DNA of 64,000 bases, taken from NCBI GenBank assembly GCA_000320545.1, contig ADNK01000257.1:1-64000 (forward strand), read 5' to 3'. The notes beneath the pieces are model-generated. The model saw only the letters and a list, made by a program, of their open reading frames with translations, did not search any database and was not told the DNA's origin. Shown piece by piece: positions 1 through 14,439 of the stretch. The stretch comes from Bigelowiella natans CCMP2755. Taxonomy: Eukaryota > Protista > Cercozoa. The translations under genes were made by a program, and so were the position numbers. Position 1 is the stretch's first letter. Each line of letters begins with the position of its first letter.

Positions 1-70
1 GATGCCGGGGGGGGGAGAGAGAATAATATCAATACATTTAACAATACATAGGCGGTGGAGAGGAAGAAAA

Positions 71-112
<42 letters not shown>

Positions 113-2644
113 GGGGGGGAGGTTGGGAGAGGGGAGAGAGAATAATATCAATACATTTAATTATACATAGTAGATCTACATGCTAGCTCAGTGGGTTTGC
201 TGCTCTTTCCTTCCTCTTTCTATCAACAAACATCGCGCACATGTGCGATACTACTTCAAGCTGCTACCTTCCTCCTCCTTTCTCTCCTGCCCCCCGTCGG
301 CGCCTTCTCATCGTGAAGTCATCATCATCGTTGTCTCCTTTTTGACGGCGACAACAGGAACAGGCCGCGGCGCAGCAGAAGCATGGATTCTGGGCGACAC
401 CGAACTCGCCTTGCCAGACATTTTCCATCCACCACGCACCCACCAGATATAGCTGTGGGTGATAGGATTGTTGAGAACTTAGTTAACGGCTCGATCCAGT
501 GGGTACTCTCAAGAAAGCAACATCTCGTATCACGTCTGGGCACTTACTTACCACAATGTCCGCCATCAGATAAAGGAGCGCGATGCCGAAGCCAAACCTG
601 TGTGACAGTTATGGATTAGACACTATCGTACCAACAGCATACATCATCAAGTATGCTTGGTAATGATGATGAGGGCGATAATGATGATTGATGAGGGGGG
701 TAGCAAGTGAGGAGACTACTTTGTGCTAGATCCGCCAATCCAGTTGTCAAATCCAACGGCTTTTTGCTCCGACTCCGCATCTGCCAAGGCCTCAAACGCT
801 GTAAAATTACAAGATTAGGATGAGAGGAGGAGGCACACTGGTAGGAACTCTAGCAGATATATACATGTATGTGCGTGTGTGTTTGTCTGTGTTTATTGCG
901 GCTTGAGCTGAGCAATAAGCAAGATGTGTAGTAGAAGTAGTGGTTGATTTGGGGTAATACACGAATCAGCACATCGCCATTTTTTGACTATCCGTGTCAT
1001 CTTCCAAACCCAAAAAAAGAGGGAGAGGGGGGGAGGGAAGGGGAGGAGGGGACCACTTTATATGCATTATTTCTAACATTGAACAGCGGATCATACCCTG
1101 TGAGAAGGCAATAGGAGAGGAGAGCGCCCCCATATGCCTGATGCATTTTAAGGCGATGATTATGATGGAAATGATGATGATACTGGTAATAATGATGATG
1201 ATGATGATAATGATGATGATCGGATCTACTACTACAACTACTACTACCACTTCTTCTACTACTACTACTATTACTACTACTACCCTTTTTCATTTCTACA
1301 AGACAAGCATTCGGAAAGAAGCAGCAGTGCACTATATCTCTGCTGCCCCGCATTTCGCTGTTTTCGCTGTTTGCTTCTTCCTCTTCTTCTTCTTCTTCTT
1401 CGTCATCGTCGTCGATGATCACCATCATCATTATTATCATCACCTGGTCCATTGTGGCGTTCCCGGTAACGCCAGCAGATACTTCGGGAGAAAGAGCACG
1501 AACAGGATGATCTGATCACAAGTGCAATCGACATGATGATGATGATGTTGATGATGATGATGACTATTTTTAATGGTGATTATGGTGATGGTGTGCAGAG
1601 TATGGAAATAATTATCAAAAGAGAGAAGGATGGGTTCAAAGGAAGATATATGATTTTTATCCGAAAACCGGCACACAACTTCTGGCAGGAAGATATGATA
1701 GAACGAGGGACTATCATGCTGTAAGATATGATAGAATGAACACTGCCATATCGCACCTGGCCTAGCTGTCCCGCAGTCCTCGAACGATCAAAGAAAGTAG
1801 AAGCCAGGAAGCAGAACGCCACAATTGATTGCAGGTACAACCACAACACGATAAAGAACCAGAACTAAGAAGAGAAGGACGAAGAGGGGAGAAGGAGAAG
1901 AAGAAGAAGAAGAAGAATAGAAGGAGGCAACATCAACCGCAACAACTAATCAACGAAGAGCAAATGGACACCGCAATACGAATGCTATGGTGACGATGGA
2001 TATGCTGTTGTTAGTTGCAATGAGCTGACACGTGTTTGGGCGTTTGCGCGTGATTGCAGATCATCACGTGTGGGTGGTGGCAACAACCGACCGAGCTCGT
2101 GTATTGGAAGAAGGCGACAGAACTGAGGCCGGAGATAAACGCAATGGCTCCACAGGGAATAGTAACGAGAATGCTGTACGTGAGATACCACGAGATGTAG
2201 TATGCGGACGTAGTTAGCCCCATCATCTTCATTCCTTCTTTGATCTTCTTCTCTTTCTCTTGGACGAGAGCCTGCAAGAACCTGACAAATAATGGCCAAC
2301 AGCTCAGGCTTTGAGTGATGGCGGTGTATTTGGCGCTGGTGCTAAGGCGTGTCTACTATATCGGGGTTGTGGCGTCGTTCGACTTGTGCGTGCATCTGTA
2401 AAGTAAGTATGATCGACTGTGCGTTTTATGCGTGTGTACTTTTGGCCAATAGCGAAGAAGCCGAGCACAAAGTAAAACGCACCAGACCTGCATAATTCGA
2501 TGTATTACATCGGAACAACAACCATCGTCATTGCCGTCTCTCCACGGCTCTGGCGACATTGTATAGATCTAGGATATGAGTATATGGCAACCCCTTTGCC
2601 CCCCTTCTTTCCTTACTTCCTTCTTGTTGTCTTTCAACAACAGC

Positions 2645-2697
<53 letters not shown>

Positions 2698-4567
2698 CGT
2701 GTGTGTGTGTGTGTGTGTATTACGAGGTCATCGTTTCGTGCATGGGGTCCAAGAAATATGCGCGCAAGGGCTCCACCTGATGGTATTATGCACGCTCGAT
2801 GATGGCGATGATGAGGGATAACTTTCGTAGGAAAAGCGACCACCGATCGATGATGGGGGTCTGACGGCATTTTACCGAAGTTTGAACAACATAATAGAAC
2901 GATTGTTCTGGTGCTGTCCATTCTCTGACCTGATAGATGAGCTGCGTCTTCATGGAGGCCAGTGACATTACCCCTCCCTGCTGTTGTAGTGCGAGCACTC
3001 CTTCGCTGAGTATCTCCTGAAGCTTTATAAAGCCGGAGTCGATGTAAGATGTGCGGGGGATAGGCGAGCGCCAATGGGTAAGTGGGTTAGGGTCGTCAGT
3101 ATATAGTTCTTCGTCGGGGAGGGGGAGGTAAGAGCCATTTATGCGGATTGATACGTTGACGGAAGGGCCTAGAGGAGGAGGAGGAGGAAGGATAGAACTC
3201 GTGGCTTAAATATATGATATCAATGTACTGAATAGATAAGGTCTTTTCAACTAGCACCATCAGCTAAGTGCACGATTTTTCATCCATTACAGAGAGACAC
3301 GCACATGTACACAGGAAAATTAAGTAGCGACGTGTTGGACAGTACCAATAGAGCGCGCCGAAGCGTCCGTGTGGAAGACTATAGCCGCCCAGATAGGCTT
3401 GTGCAGCACGTGGTGACACCTTCCCGCCGTGTAATTCGACAACAAGTCCGCCTCGGAGTCCAGCTGAGTTTACACCACGTATCGTCAAGGTGACGTATAT
3501 ATAAGGAAAAAACCATAGAGCTCATATGGCACACGAACGCGAACACACTCGATCTCAATCACGCAGAGTCAACACAAGCAGACAGCAACGACGACGACCA
3601 CGCCACGCCTTCCTGCACCTTGACGAGATATTCCGCCGTGGTGTCGTCTAAATTCCCTCGCACCATTTGCATGATCGTCTCCACCTCATGTCGAACAGTC
3701 GGGCTATGGATGCCACCGCGCTGCTCGGTGCTCGATTCAGCCTCTGCCCCACCATCCTGACTCAGTAGGTATGTGATGCAGCCGCTAGGAGAAAAATGCA
3801 GCAGGGAGGGGAAGGGTAGTTAGCTTACAAACATAGGCAATGCGTTCCAGTTCTAAGAAGTAAGTAAAAGCAGCCCAGCTAGCTACATAGAATAAATTAG
3901 CAACCAGCAGGTGGTGTCTGCGTGTTCTGTGCAATACGTGCACTTACTATTGATGGATGTAGAAGGGAAGGGACTGAACGGGGCTAGAGGGGAAAATTTG
4001 GCGCGGCTTTTCCGTTCTGAGATGGTTGTGTTGAGGGGAGATCGAAGACTCGTTATCAATTCATGACGTAATTTTTTTGGCGAACACACAATTATATTCG
4101 TGAAAATGGTAGTGCTTTTCTGCTCAAACCTTGGCTGGGCCACTCTAAATAGAACCAGAAGACTGAAGAAGATTAAAGGAAGCACCAGCTCTAGGATGGT
4201 TTCCTATGGAATGGACGGCGCGTCAAGAGACGTGGAATACAAAATGAGACTGTGCATCTTCGAGCACCACACCACACTGAGAAACAACGGAAGTACCCTT
4301 AAGGTGCGCGATTTGATGAGGTAATTCCGTCTAAGCATACACCATACTTGAGAGCACCATGATACCTGACCGCGAATAGTTAAGGTTACAAGCTCGACAA
4401 GGAAAGCCGACCTCATCCATCCCCCCCCCCCCTGGGATCCTTATAACATTCTGAAGGCAAACAACCAGCCACCCTGTTCCAACCCTAGGGCTAACCATGA
4501 TTCTCTTGTTCCCTAGCAGAGGCTGCTTTAAAGTGGCCTCGTCGTACGGCGGTTTGTGGGGGGGCAT
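1..4567 (-). CDS. ABC transporter subfamily A (ABCA), 5' part; multi-exon, continues beyond the window start
   Basis: Exon peptides QVWCMLRRNYLIKSR, LVLPLIFFSLLVLFR, ALVQEKEKKIKEGMKMMGL..SAYYISW (classic ABCA EKE..KE.M..MG motif, 2011-2277) and WWMENVWQGEFGVAQNPCFC (~370-450). Introns are long and microsatellite-rich. Start ATG at 4567 is inferred. Confidence 0.85.
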
Positions 4568-5056
4568 GAAGGGGTAGTTGCTACCTCCCCCCCGTTGGGT
4601 GTGTTTACTGCGCAACTGCTGCTGCTGCTCCTATGTGAGGAGAGTGGGCAGCGATTTGCCAATCTTTTTTCGCCGAACTGTGAATTTCTTAGATGTTTTC
4701 CGTATAGTAATTGGGCTCGTAGCTCAGTCTCCAGCCCATGGCCGCATCGATAACGTTGTCGCAGGACCAAGATCGTCTCTGAGAATTCTTTGAGCTGCTC
4801 GGAAACAGCTATAATAACTGCCGCTCTCAGTAAGTCTCTCAGTGGTCAACTCTGCGACGGATTTTAGGCAGATCCATCAATAAGACACAATTACGGCGAC
4901 CTCATTTCTCGAAAGTTTTGTTGTTATTTATTGTCGCACCGGCAATCCCGCCGAAGACTGTACCAGATCACGTGAGGTCGCCCATGACCTCAAAACCCAA
5001 ATTGTCAGACCTCTCCGGGGAGATTAACACCTAGAGGTGTAGGAGCAGCCGCAGCA

Positions 5057-7185
5057 GTGGCAGCATATTCCAAAGCAACTACCAGTAGGAAGAAGGAGAG
5101 ATATCCTGCCTGGGGTACATTCTGCACATACTTTGACCAACAGGACGAATTTAGGATCATGGAGACCGGATGGACTTCTACCCGACTATTCCTCACTGCG
5201 ATGTCTCTTTCGACATTGTTTCAAACTACAAGTTACATTACGGTATATATTACAGGATAGATTACATTTATTTGATTGAGGGAATACAGTTGAACGGTTG
5301 GAATGCCTTGTAGTCTCACGCATTGCATCTATCGTGCTACATGCAGATGGAGCATCCTCCGGTTTATTCGGCGACGACCATTTAATTTGGTGTGTATGTA
5401 ATCCTGTGTGTGTGTGTGATATGATAATATTCACAGAGTAACGACGTTGTCGTTTGTAAGACCATTCAACGGACCGAAGAACACATACGATGCATCCAAC
5501 ATCCTAGAGGTGCTTTCCTAATCATCCAGGCTGATTCTGATAACAAACATACCTAATACTAGAATGCTTCATGTTTATCTCCTTTCGATCTGCCATATTA
5601 GGTCATTTTTGCTATGGAAAAGGATGAAGATGACGGTCTTACTTATCATCGATACAGAGGTGAATGCTACGCTCATACAAATATATATACACTATGAATA
5701 TCACATTTACCATTCCAATCTTCCTAGGTCTTTCACTATACAAATACTCTATACTTTCCTTAACATTGGTTACCCATTGCTGTCATCGTTGCCATCCGTC
5801 GTTGCTCAGGTATCTCTCGAATTCACTTTGGTGATGGTTCTGATAATGTCATTCCGCTGTTCGTGCCAGATCCCCAGGTCCCCTTCCATATATAGATATG
5901 CTGCTGCATCTTGGCTACCGTTATTTCCACTGTATTAAATATCGCTAGCGTTGTAATCCTTTCACATCACATTCTTTATGTGCTTTTCCATAGATTGGAG
6001 GTGGAGAGGATGGTAAAGGAGATGATACTGCAACAGTAAGATGATAATTGCAAAGATTTACACGTGAGATCACATTGTTCACCCGAAAACTCTGACAACG
6101 ATGAAATATGCTACCCAGATTGCAGGTGCAGTGGTGGGTGGCCTCATCGGGGTCGTGATTATCGGTAGGTTTTTGAGACCAATCTTGTTGAACACATAGT
6201 GTCATTACGATAAATAATCTGTTATCGTCAGTCCTAGCGTTATGCTACTTCCATCGTTGGCGATTAGCGAAGGAAAGAATGAGGTCCACTTGTTCTCCAA
6301 TCAATTTTTAATTTCTCCCGATGCATTCGGCTGCTTTGTTGTTATCTCTCCTCAGAGATAATGAAGAATATGCAGCTAATAATACTAGAGGCAGGAGAGC
6401 GGTGAGTGTTCTGTGAAGCTATCATATCGTTATTGTATAGTTTTTGGATTTTTCTATGACTTTCTTTATGTTTGATTCCTCCTAGGACATCAGAATTGTG
6501 GCTTTTGCGAAAGGCCTGTGGCAGGTAGTGCCATTCCTTCAGCTCTTTCAGCTTTGGACAAGCACTCTTTTAGTTTATAGGTGTGTGTGTGTGTGTGTGT
6601 GTGTATAGTGTACCCTCAATGAGACCCCATTAACTTACCATATTGTATAGAGCGTGAGATCGCAAGAGCGTTTGACAGGAGGAGGAGGAGGAGGAGGAGG
6701 AGGAGGAGGACGAATGGGACAAGGGGAGAATAACAATCCTATCGCGTCTTCTTCAGGATTTAGAGATGTTTCAGGTAGTCCCCGAGCTACGTCAACTAAT
6801 ATTTTGGATAACATGTTAGCCAATCTCGGGACAGTTGACTGATGATATATCCTATATAGCTACTGATGAAGTGGGAAGCGGCAGAGCCACACCTATTTTG
6901 ACCTCAAAACCCTCCCTCCCTCCGAGAAAGACAACTGCTCTGAAGAAAGGTACTGGCTTTCAGAGAATAGTTGAGCTGAAAAAACACTAAAACGTATTCA
7001 ATTTGTAGCAAGAAGTTATAGGCCTTTATTTTTGTATTAAGAATGACATGTATTCATAAGGTGACGTGAAGACCCCTCCTATACCTGAGAGACGTAGAAG
7101 AACAGGCGGTACACCCAATGAAGCAGTAGCTGCTGCTGCTCATTTGCGTCCGAGCGTGAGCATTGGGCTTGAGGAGGAAGTGTGA
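5057..7185 (+). CDS. DOMON-domain single-pass membrane protein with Pro-rich cytoplasmic tail (multi-exon)
   Basis: Spliced exons read VTTLSFVRPFNGPKNTYD, then VIFAMEKDEDDGLTYHRYR|GISRIHFGDG (DOMON C-terminal strands with His), TM IAGAVVGGLIGVVII|VLALCYFHRWR, and tail motifs PSLPPR and PPIPERR. Stop TGA at 7183-7185. 5' end uncertain. Confidence 0.6.
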
Positions 7186-7229
7186 TAACCTTACGACCGA
7201 ATATATCACGTAAAATCTCTTAACTTTTA

Positions 7230-8200
7230 TATCTTTAAAACGCAATTCAATTTACTAAAACATATCAAGAACCAAAACAATTTTAGATGTACGCACATTT
7301 TCATGGCAACTGCCGAGGACCAACAAGTTGTTGTACGATGTGATAATTTCTTATTGCACTCGACTAGATATTGGAATTTTTTTGGTATCGTTTTGGTACC
7401 CAGCAGAGCGCCTTTGAAGAATATGTGCCCGATTAAATTCAATTATAACAACACATAACCTTGAGCACAATACTTTGATTAATTCATGGACATATTGGCG
7501 CATCAGATTTGCACGGGCCGCACAAAAATACTTATTGCTAAGTAATGCGCAATTATGCATGTGCGTGGGTAATGCAGTCATCATGGTCGTCATGGAAGGC
7601 ATTTAATAATAGCGTGCGGCTGCATGTGCAGGAGGTTGAGATTGGGAACAAAGCTAGACGGATGTTCGTGCATGCACCAAATCTCTCGACAAATTTTATT
7701 ATCCGTGTCAGCAGAGATCACGTTTCGACGATGTGTGTGTTCGCCGATTTGAAAAAGCTGTGATGGGTTTCAAAATTTTCCATGTACTCCGTCCGCAAGC
7801 AACAGTGCTTTTGTGGATTGAGAACCTCTTCCAACATATCAATTTTCTTAAGAACTAGCAATGCAGCGTCCCTTTGAAGCAGGTATTTTATCGAAAAGCG
7901 CACAACCCCCTACTGCTCACTTTCCCAATGCGCGCACGTCCCGTAAACATCCAATGAACCTATACCATTCTCAACCGATGGATTGTGAGCTCGGAAGCAG
8001 GAAGGTCCCGATTTGCTCCTGCGTCAACCCTTTACAGCATGACGCAGTGCAAAAACACCGGCACATTTCTTCTCCGGAAGTCCCATCCGTTGCGGGAGTT
8101 GTTGCAGGGGCGTTCAAAACATTGTTTTTGGTTGTGCGTCACGGTCAAATGCACGTCGCAGTACATAATTTACGCCGTTTTGCTCGTTTCAATTGAAAAT
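7230..8200 (-). pseudogene. Possible heavily degenerate DNA-transposon transposase remnant (Sola-like, GHTH-motif class)
   Basis: Frame-shifted fragments in the expected order: CRCFCTASCC, TWKILKP..SKRDLC (like W..P..SKCDxC), MTTMMTALP, LVLGSCHENV (like L.VGHTHEDV). Many stops; no TIR found. Confidence 0.3.
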
Positions 8201-8448
8201 ATTTTTCATTTTGTGTCTTGTTCGTTTATCGCTTGTCTGAGCCCAGTTTATTCAAAGGACGCAGATGTTCCAGCCACAATTATTTGTCCAACCAATGCCG
8301 CTAAACTTCTTCGGGCGATATTATTTCTCTGGGATACTCTATGTTCTAACAAGGTGGTTTATTTCCGCATTAATTCTTATCCAGAGGAAATTTAAAAAAA
8401 GAACGGAACAGGGCTCATCCAAATCCCTGCCTGTAATCGTACTCGTAG

Positions 8449-10858
8449 GTGCTCCCTCCCTCCTCATCTCTCCCGTGCCGAAGTCTCCTCCATGAGAGGC
8501 ATGAAGATTCAGCGGCAGAACTAATGCAGGCTTCCTTGTATTCATCCTGTCTGTCTCATAGTCCCAGAGCCACATCCATCTAACCAGTTAACTGCGTCCC
8601 TCACGAAGCACACGATCGCATCTTTGCTTCTGCCCCGAAAGTTCAAATGAAGCTTGCAGCTTAACCTTGAAAACGATGCTATCTATCCGCCATCCCCGAA
8701 TGGCACCGTTGATGCTGGTTTATGTCTTTCTGTTGTCGTACTTTATCCTGGCGACTCTGATGCCATCATCTGGGGGCGTTGTTTCAAATGGGTTTGATAG
8801 TTGGGAAGCTGCTGCTGCTTTCACGAAACATTTGGTAGTGGTGTAGTTGGTGATAGATGATCATAGCACTTTGGAGAGAGAGGTTGACTTAGCACTTTGG
8901 CCTAAGGAAAACACCTGCAAGAGAAGAGGGTGTGGGAAGGAGAGCAAGCAGTAAACGAGAAATGAGACTGTATAACGAGAATGATTTTATGACTTTGTTG
9001 CCAATATTACTGATTGATGACCTTAGGATTTGCCGAGACGCACGCAGCAAATTTCCAGAAGTAGCTCTAGTGAAAGCAGCTGGAGCTCAACGAGAGGCTG
9101 TAGGTGGAATGTGCTTAACTCTCGAGCTCTCTTCAACTTCTACACACTTCGAGGGGGGGGCATAGATAATAGTGATAACCATCACCATGAAGGCCAATCT
9201 CTGTCATCTTCATCGAATCAGACACATGCAGCTCGCAACGATGACAATATCAGTCTACCATGCAATACTACTGACGATTTGGGCAAGGAAGAGTTCAGCT
9301 CAGTTCATACAATTGCTGGTGATGGGTCTTCGGCGAAGGAGGGTGGAATACAGGCTGGTGGGGGAAAGGCACTGGAAGTGAGTCTAATGCATCCTTTCAG
9401 TTTAGCCGTCGGGCCGAATCAAGACGTTTTCTTTGTCGAGCCTGAACTTCACCAGGTATTGCAATTTTTAGTGACAGCATGTGATACGTGTACGGTGACT
9501 TCTCGCTTGAACCGGCAGACATTTTAGATGCGACTCACTCCTTTCTTTCTTTTATTGTTGTTTCCCCCCCCTCTCTCAGATCCGAAAAGTCACACCGGAA
9601 GGAAATGTCGTACATGTTGCAGGCACAGGAAATCCAGGATATCAGGTAATACGCGTATCTGCCCGCACCCCATCGTCTCCCATTTAGCACACATGGCTGA
9701 ATACTTTCTCCCTTATCCCCCCCTCCCCCTTACAGGATGGAGTTGGTTCGGTCTCGATGTTTGATTCTCCCCATGGCATCACAGTTGACAGGCTAGGGTC
9801 CATCTATGTTGCTGATACCGGTAACCACCGCATTCGAGTAATCCAGTACATGACGAAGAAACAGCGGATGCAGCATCAAGAGGGGGGAGGGGCAGGAGGA
9901 GGAGGAGATGGAAGAGGCAGCGACGACGGTGAGTATCTGATGTATGACTCGGAGGATTCTGGGGATGGAAACAACAGTGACCAAGAACTAAAGCCCGTTG
10001 TGCAAACATTTGCGGGGTGGCGGGCTCCTGGATATTTAGATGGTGAATCACATGATGATGAAGATGATGAAGAAGAAGATGATGATGATGATGATGATGA
10101 TGATATCAGATGATAGTGCTAGCAGTGAATGATGCAGTTGTAGCTTTTGTGAAGACTTCCCTTCAGTGTTCTTTCTTATTTTTTTTAGTTATTCACTCTA
10201 TAATTTTCTCTTTCTTTCTGTCTCTCCAGGCCTGGCTTTAGGCACTGAGTTCCAATGGGACTCTACGGCGCGTATGACGTATCCTTACGGTGTATGCATT
10301 GACAAGTGAGAATTCTATTCAATTTGGCAACAGCAGCACCAACAACACTAAAACCATCGCTGATATAGTCAAATGCTGTACATAATGTTCATCAGGACAG
10401 GCAATCTGTATATTGCAGACACGTTCAATAATTGTTTCCGTCGCGTGGCGTTGGGAGCTATGGTTAAGGAGGGGAAGGATATTGGTAGTGAGTGGTAGTA
10501 TTAGTAAGTAGTAGCAATATGATGATGATGATGATAGTGATGGTGATGATTATGATTATCACAACGAAGTATTGCTCTCTACTCATCTTTATGCTCTCTT
10601 CCCTTAATAATAGCCCTCCACCTCTCTCTTCCTTTACTGCACACTTCTGGCCTCAACGACACACCATTATCGTCATCATCATAATCATCATCATCATCGT
10701 CGTCGTCGCCATCGTCACTACCACCATCATTATCATCATCATTATCATCATCATTGTCATCATTGTCATCATTATCATCAGATTTCAACGGTTTCTACCC
10801 AATGGTGGCCGAAAGCAAAGACGGACGACCACTGTACAGAGTCACACTGCTACTACTG

Positions 10859-10889
<31 letters not shown>

Positions 10890-11743
10890 ATCCTTGCTAC
10901 CTTTGCTTATTTCGAGCAGTACTAATGAGAGTAGGTATCTGGTACTAGAAGAGATGAACATCGGTGTCATCCCGCTCCCCATGGTTAAGTCCAGTGTCAT
11001 TTTTCTCAGGTTCAAGAAGGAAGGGACGAACAAAACCGTCATCAAATTCGAAAAATACTGGTAAAATTTTCCATGTATCGAGAGCATCTTCCCATGCTCA
11101 TTTTCATCATATTAGTTAATTTTACGTGTAACGGTCATATTACTCAATAGTAATCTTCAATGAGTTTTGTTTTGCAGAGAGAGCCATAAATATTAGTGAA
11201 GCTGATCGGCCATTGCTTGAATAGTTAGAGTTGTATTTTTCTTGATGAATATCGTCGCTTATCACGTGGGGATTTCGTGAATACATTTGCTGATTATTTT
11301 GGTCAGGATGGTCAGTGAGCGCGGACTCCCTCATTATGTAGCAGCCGCTCGAGAAGATGACCAAGACCCTCCCTACACGGGATATCGGTGCATTCTATCC
11401 CCTCCCCCAGCTCCCAAAGGTGGTTGTTGTGCTGCAGTAGTGGCACGTACTTGATGGTGGAAATAGTACGATAGTAGCGCAATGATTATGGGGATGTTGC
11501 TGTGCCTCTCAATGCTCTTTTCTTTCTCCTTCCCCCCCCTTTGCCTGTGTTGTAACCACCATCTGATATTGCCGACTTGTTCGTTTGCTTCTCTCCCCGT
11601 CCCTAGTTGAGGTGGGCTGCTTCATGCATACATTGGCGGGGCGTGGTTCCCTTGCGGATAGCGACGGTGTTGCGTCAAAAGCGGAGTTCATGTGGCCGCA
11701 GACAGTTGCAACTGATAACGGCACCGGCATGTAATGGAAGGCG

Positions 11744-11783
<40 letters not shown>

Positions 11784-13080
11784 ACGCAGCGATGATCTGA
11801 TGATCATGATTATCATAGTGACAAAATTGTAGAAGTATACTCATTCTTATTGTTTATTTCTCTCTGTCGGGTCCGATAGAATACTGACTATTATTGTTTA
11901 TTTTTCTCTGTCGCGTCCGATCTTCTTCTCGCCCCTCTGATCGCCTGCATATTGATCTGTCGCAGCTACACGACAATCTACGAGATCCATCACAAGATCA
12001 AGCACATACTGCGCAACGGGACAACGACGACACTAGCTGGCTCCGAGGTGTTTGGGAAGGCGGACGGCTTTGGGTCGGCAGCAGAGTTCAACGCTCCCTA
12101 CAGCATCGCCACAGATCGATATGCCAACATGTCGCTAACCCCCTCTGTTCTTCCCCCCTCCTCTTTTGAGTGTTTGCATGATGTATGCGCATGTTTGAAT
12201 ACTCCGTCTTGAGAGGGTGAGCAACACAATAGGGAAAAGGGTGATGACATCATGAAAAGGGGATTGTAGGTTGATGATGAGCTATGCTGCTGCATCTTCT
12301 TCTTCTTCTTCGTTGACTTCTTTGTTCTTCTTCGTAGATTCGTCGCGGATACGCACAATGGAATGATACGTAAAGTCACCCCAGCTGGTTATAGCTCACC
12401 TACATTATCATTATCTAGTTGCCCAATAACAGCAACAGCGTTAGTAATAACAACTAGAAAATGAAGAAGAGAAAACCGATTTCTTGCTCCTGCTCGTGTC
12501 GTAGTACGACATCACCGTTTTCATTCTGTTTTCTGTCCCCATAACCGCTTATTGTCTCTCCCATGGTTCTACAACTTGATCACACAGGCAATGTTAGCAC
12601 TGTCGCGGGCCGTCGGACTATAGAAGAGGAAGAGGCGGAAACCGACGACACCGCTGATATAGAAGAAGCAGCCGATGTGGGGCGAGGCGGGGCGATTAAG
12701 AACTGGCGACATAGGGACGGGCCTTTGCACTCGTACTATCTTTGATGACGACGAGCATATATTCATGATATAACACGATGATGGTGCTGTACTGATATTT
12801 CTACAGGGCGCGGTTTTTCAGGCCATATGGAATCGCTCTGGACCAGTTCGGCAGCATCTACGTTGCAGACACCGTAATAATAATAATAGTAATACATGAG
12901 TTAGGAATACGAATCAGCCATACCATTGCCATCACCATCGCATTGCAATTGTCGTCGTTATCTTCAGCTGAACAACCGAATTCGCATGATCCGGAGACGG
13001 GTGCCGTACGCTCCGCAACCTCCGAAAATGAAGAGCTATAGTCAGGAATTAGGTCAGGTGTAAAAGTCGTCGTTATCATG

Positions 13081-13113
<33 letters not shown>

Positions 13114-13797
13114 GTTGTCGTCATCGTCGTCATTTGGTATCGTATCTGACCCCCCCCCTTATCATGATGGCGTTTGTTGTGCTACCTGCAAATATGCCAG
13201 ATTTCGTGACACTGTCCAACTCGACGGAGGGCACCGAGGGGAGCGTCCTGTGCACATCGTCCGAAGGGGGGGGGAGGGAGTGCATGGATGAGCAGGAGGA
13301 GGGGGAAGACTACGACGAAGATGCATCGAAGATCTTACTTAACTGTGACGATGAGGAAGATGATGATAGGACGAGCATCAAACACTCCACAGCTACTCAC
13401 AGAAGAGGCAAGAGTAAGGCGAAGCGATCAACATCTAATCCTACATTGCCGCGCCGCCGCCGCGGGCAATTTGGGCATAGCAAAAAGCGGGTGAAGGGCG
13501 CTCGTGATGATAGGGAGGAGGAGCCGGTTGGTTCTGCTGATGAAGCTTCTATAAATGAGGGAGTGAAGGAAAGAATCGATAACGATGATGTAGATGAAGA
13601 AGGTGATGAAGATGAAAACGTATCATCAGCTCCAGATGATCCTGTCGTTTCCTCGCATCTCCAGCGGCTGAAGGTGTTGAGCAATATAAAGCCATGCCGT
13701 GTTGTTGTGTTCTTGTATTGGTCCACGTAGTTGCTGTTACATACGTCGGAGCTGTACGAAACTTACTTAGTTCCTCTGATAGCGGGTGTTCCGACAG

Positions 13798-13841
<44 letters not shown>

Positions 13842-14334
13842 AACCTATCTTTTCTTTCTTTCTCACTTCATGTATGTGAATATGCTTTCGTTCCACGTGT
13901 ATGGTCAATCCACAAACAAGTTGTCTTGTTGGCAGAGCCCACGCATTTGGCACCCCAGAAAAGGCAATAATCTCACTCGTATGACATTGTTTGATGTACG
14001 CCATCACAGGATCGACTGAATGCTTTGCGGGGCAACGACGATAGGAATGTTGAGTTGTCTCAAAGACGGGCATTCGACAACAAGCCCCCCGGTGGAGAAA
14101 GGCCGATGGGAGAGATTACTCGCGACGACTACGTCTAACGTTGGCAGGAATGATAAAGATGGAAATCACCACATCCGAGAAGAACGAGAGATGTTTAGAC
14201 TTGCACGGAAAAACCCACACACGCATACACACCGAGAGATGGAGAAGCAGGGAGGAGAGCAAAAATGTATCCAAGCAAACGTTGACCTCACAGCCTGGGC
14301 CACTGCTGGGCCAGTTTCGATTAATTTGCCGTAG
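8449..14334 (+). CDS. NHL-repeat beta-propeller protein with acidic low-complexity inserts (multi-exon)
   Basis: Repeated NHL blades: HPFSLAVGPNQDVFFVE, IRKVTPEGNVVHVAGTG, FDSPHGITVDRLGSIYVADTGNHRIR, FNAPYSIATD, RPYGIALDQFGSIYVADT. Both ends approximate. Confidence 0.8.
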
Positions 14335-14399
14335 ATTGACAGGAGCAATAAAGCAGAAGATATTGCTATGCCTCTCTAATTGCGCCTATGTATATCAAT

Positions 14400-14439
<40 letters not shown>

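Noticed and set aside
11-160. 30-bp direct repeat ggggagagagaataatatcaatacatttaa (similar local duplication at 55288-55375)
   Set aside because: Simple intronic slippage duplications with no further structure.
966-1724. Poly-I/M/T/H/D ORFs (also 10492-11087, 12858-13133, 60733-60968)
   Set aside because: Translations of intronic trinucleotide microsatellites.
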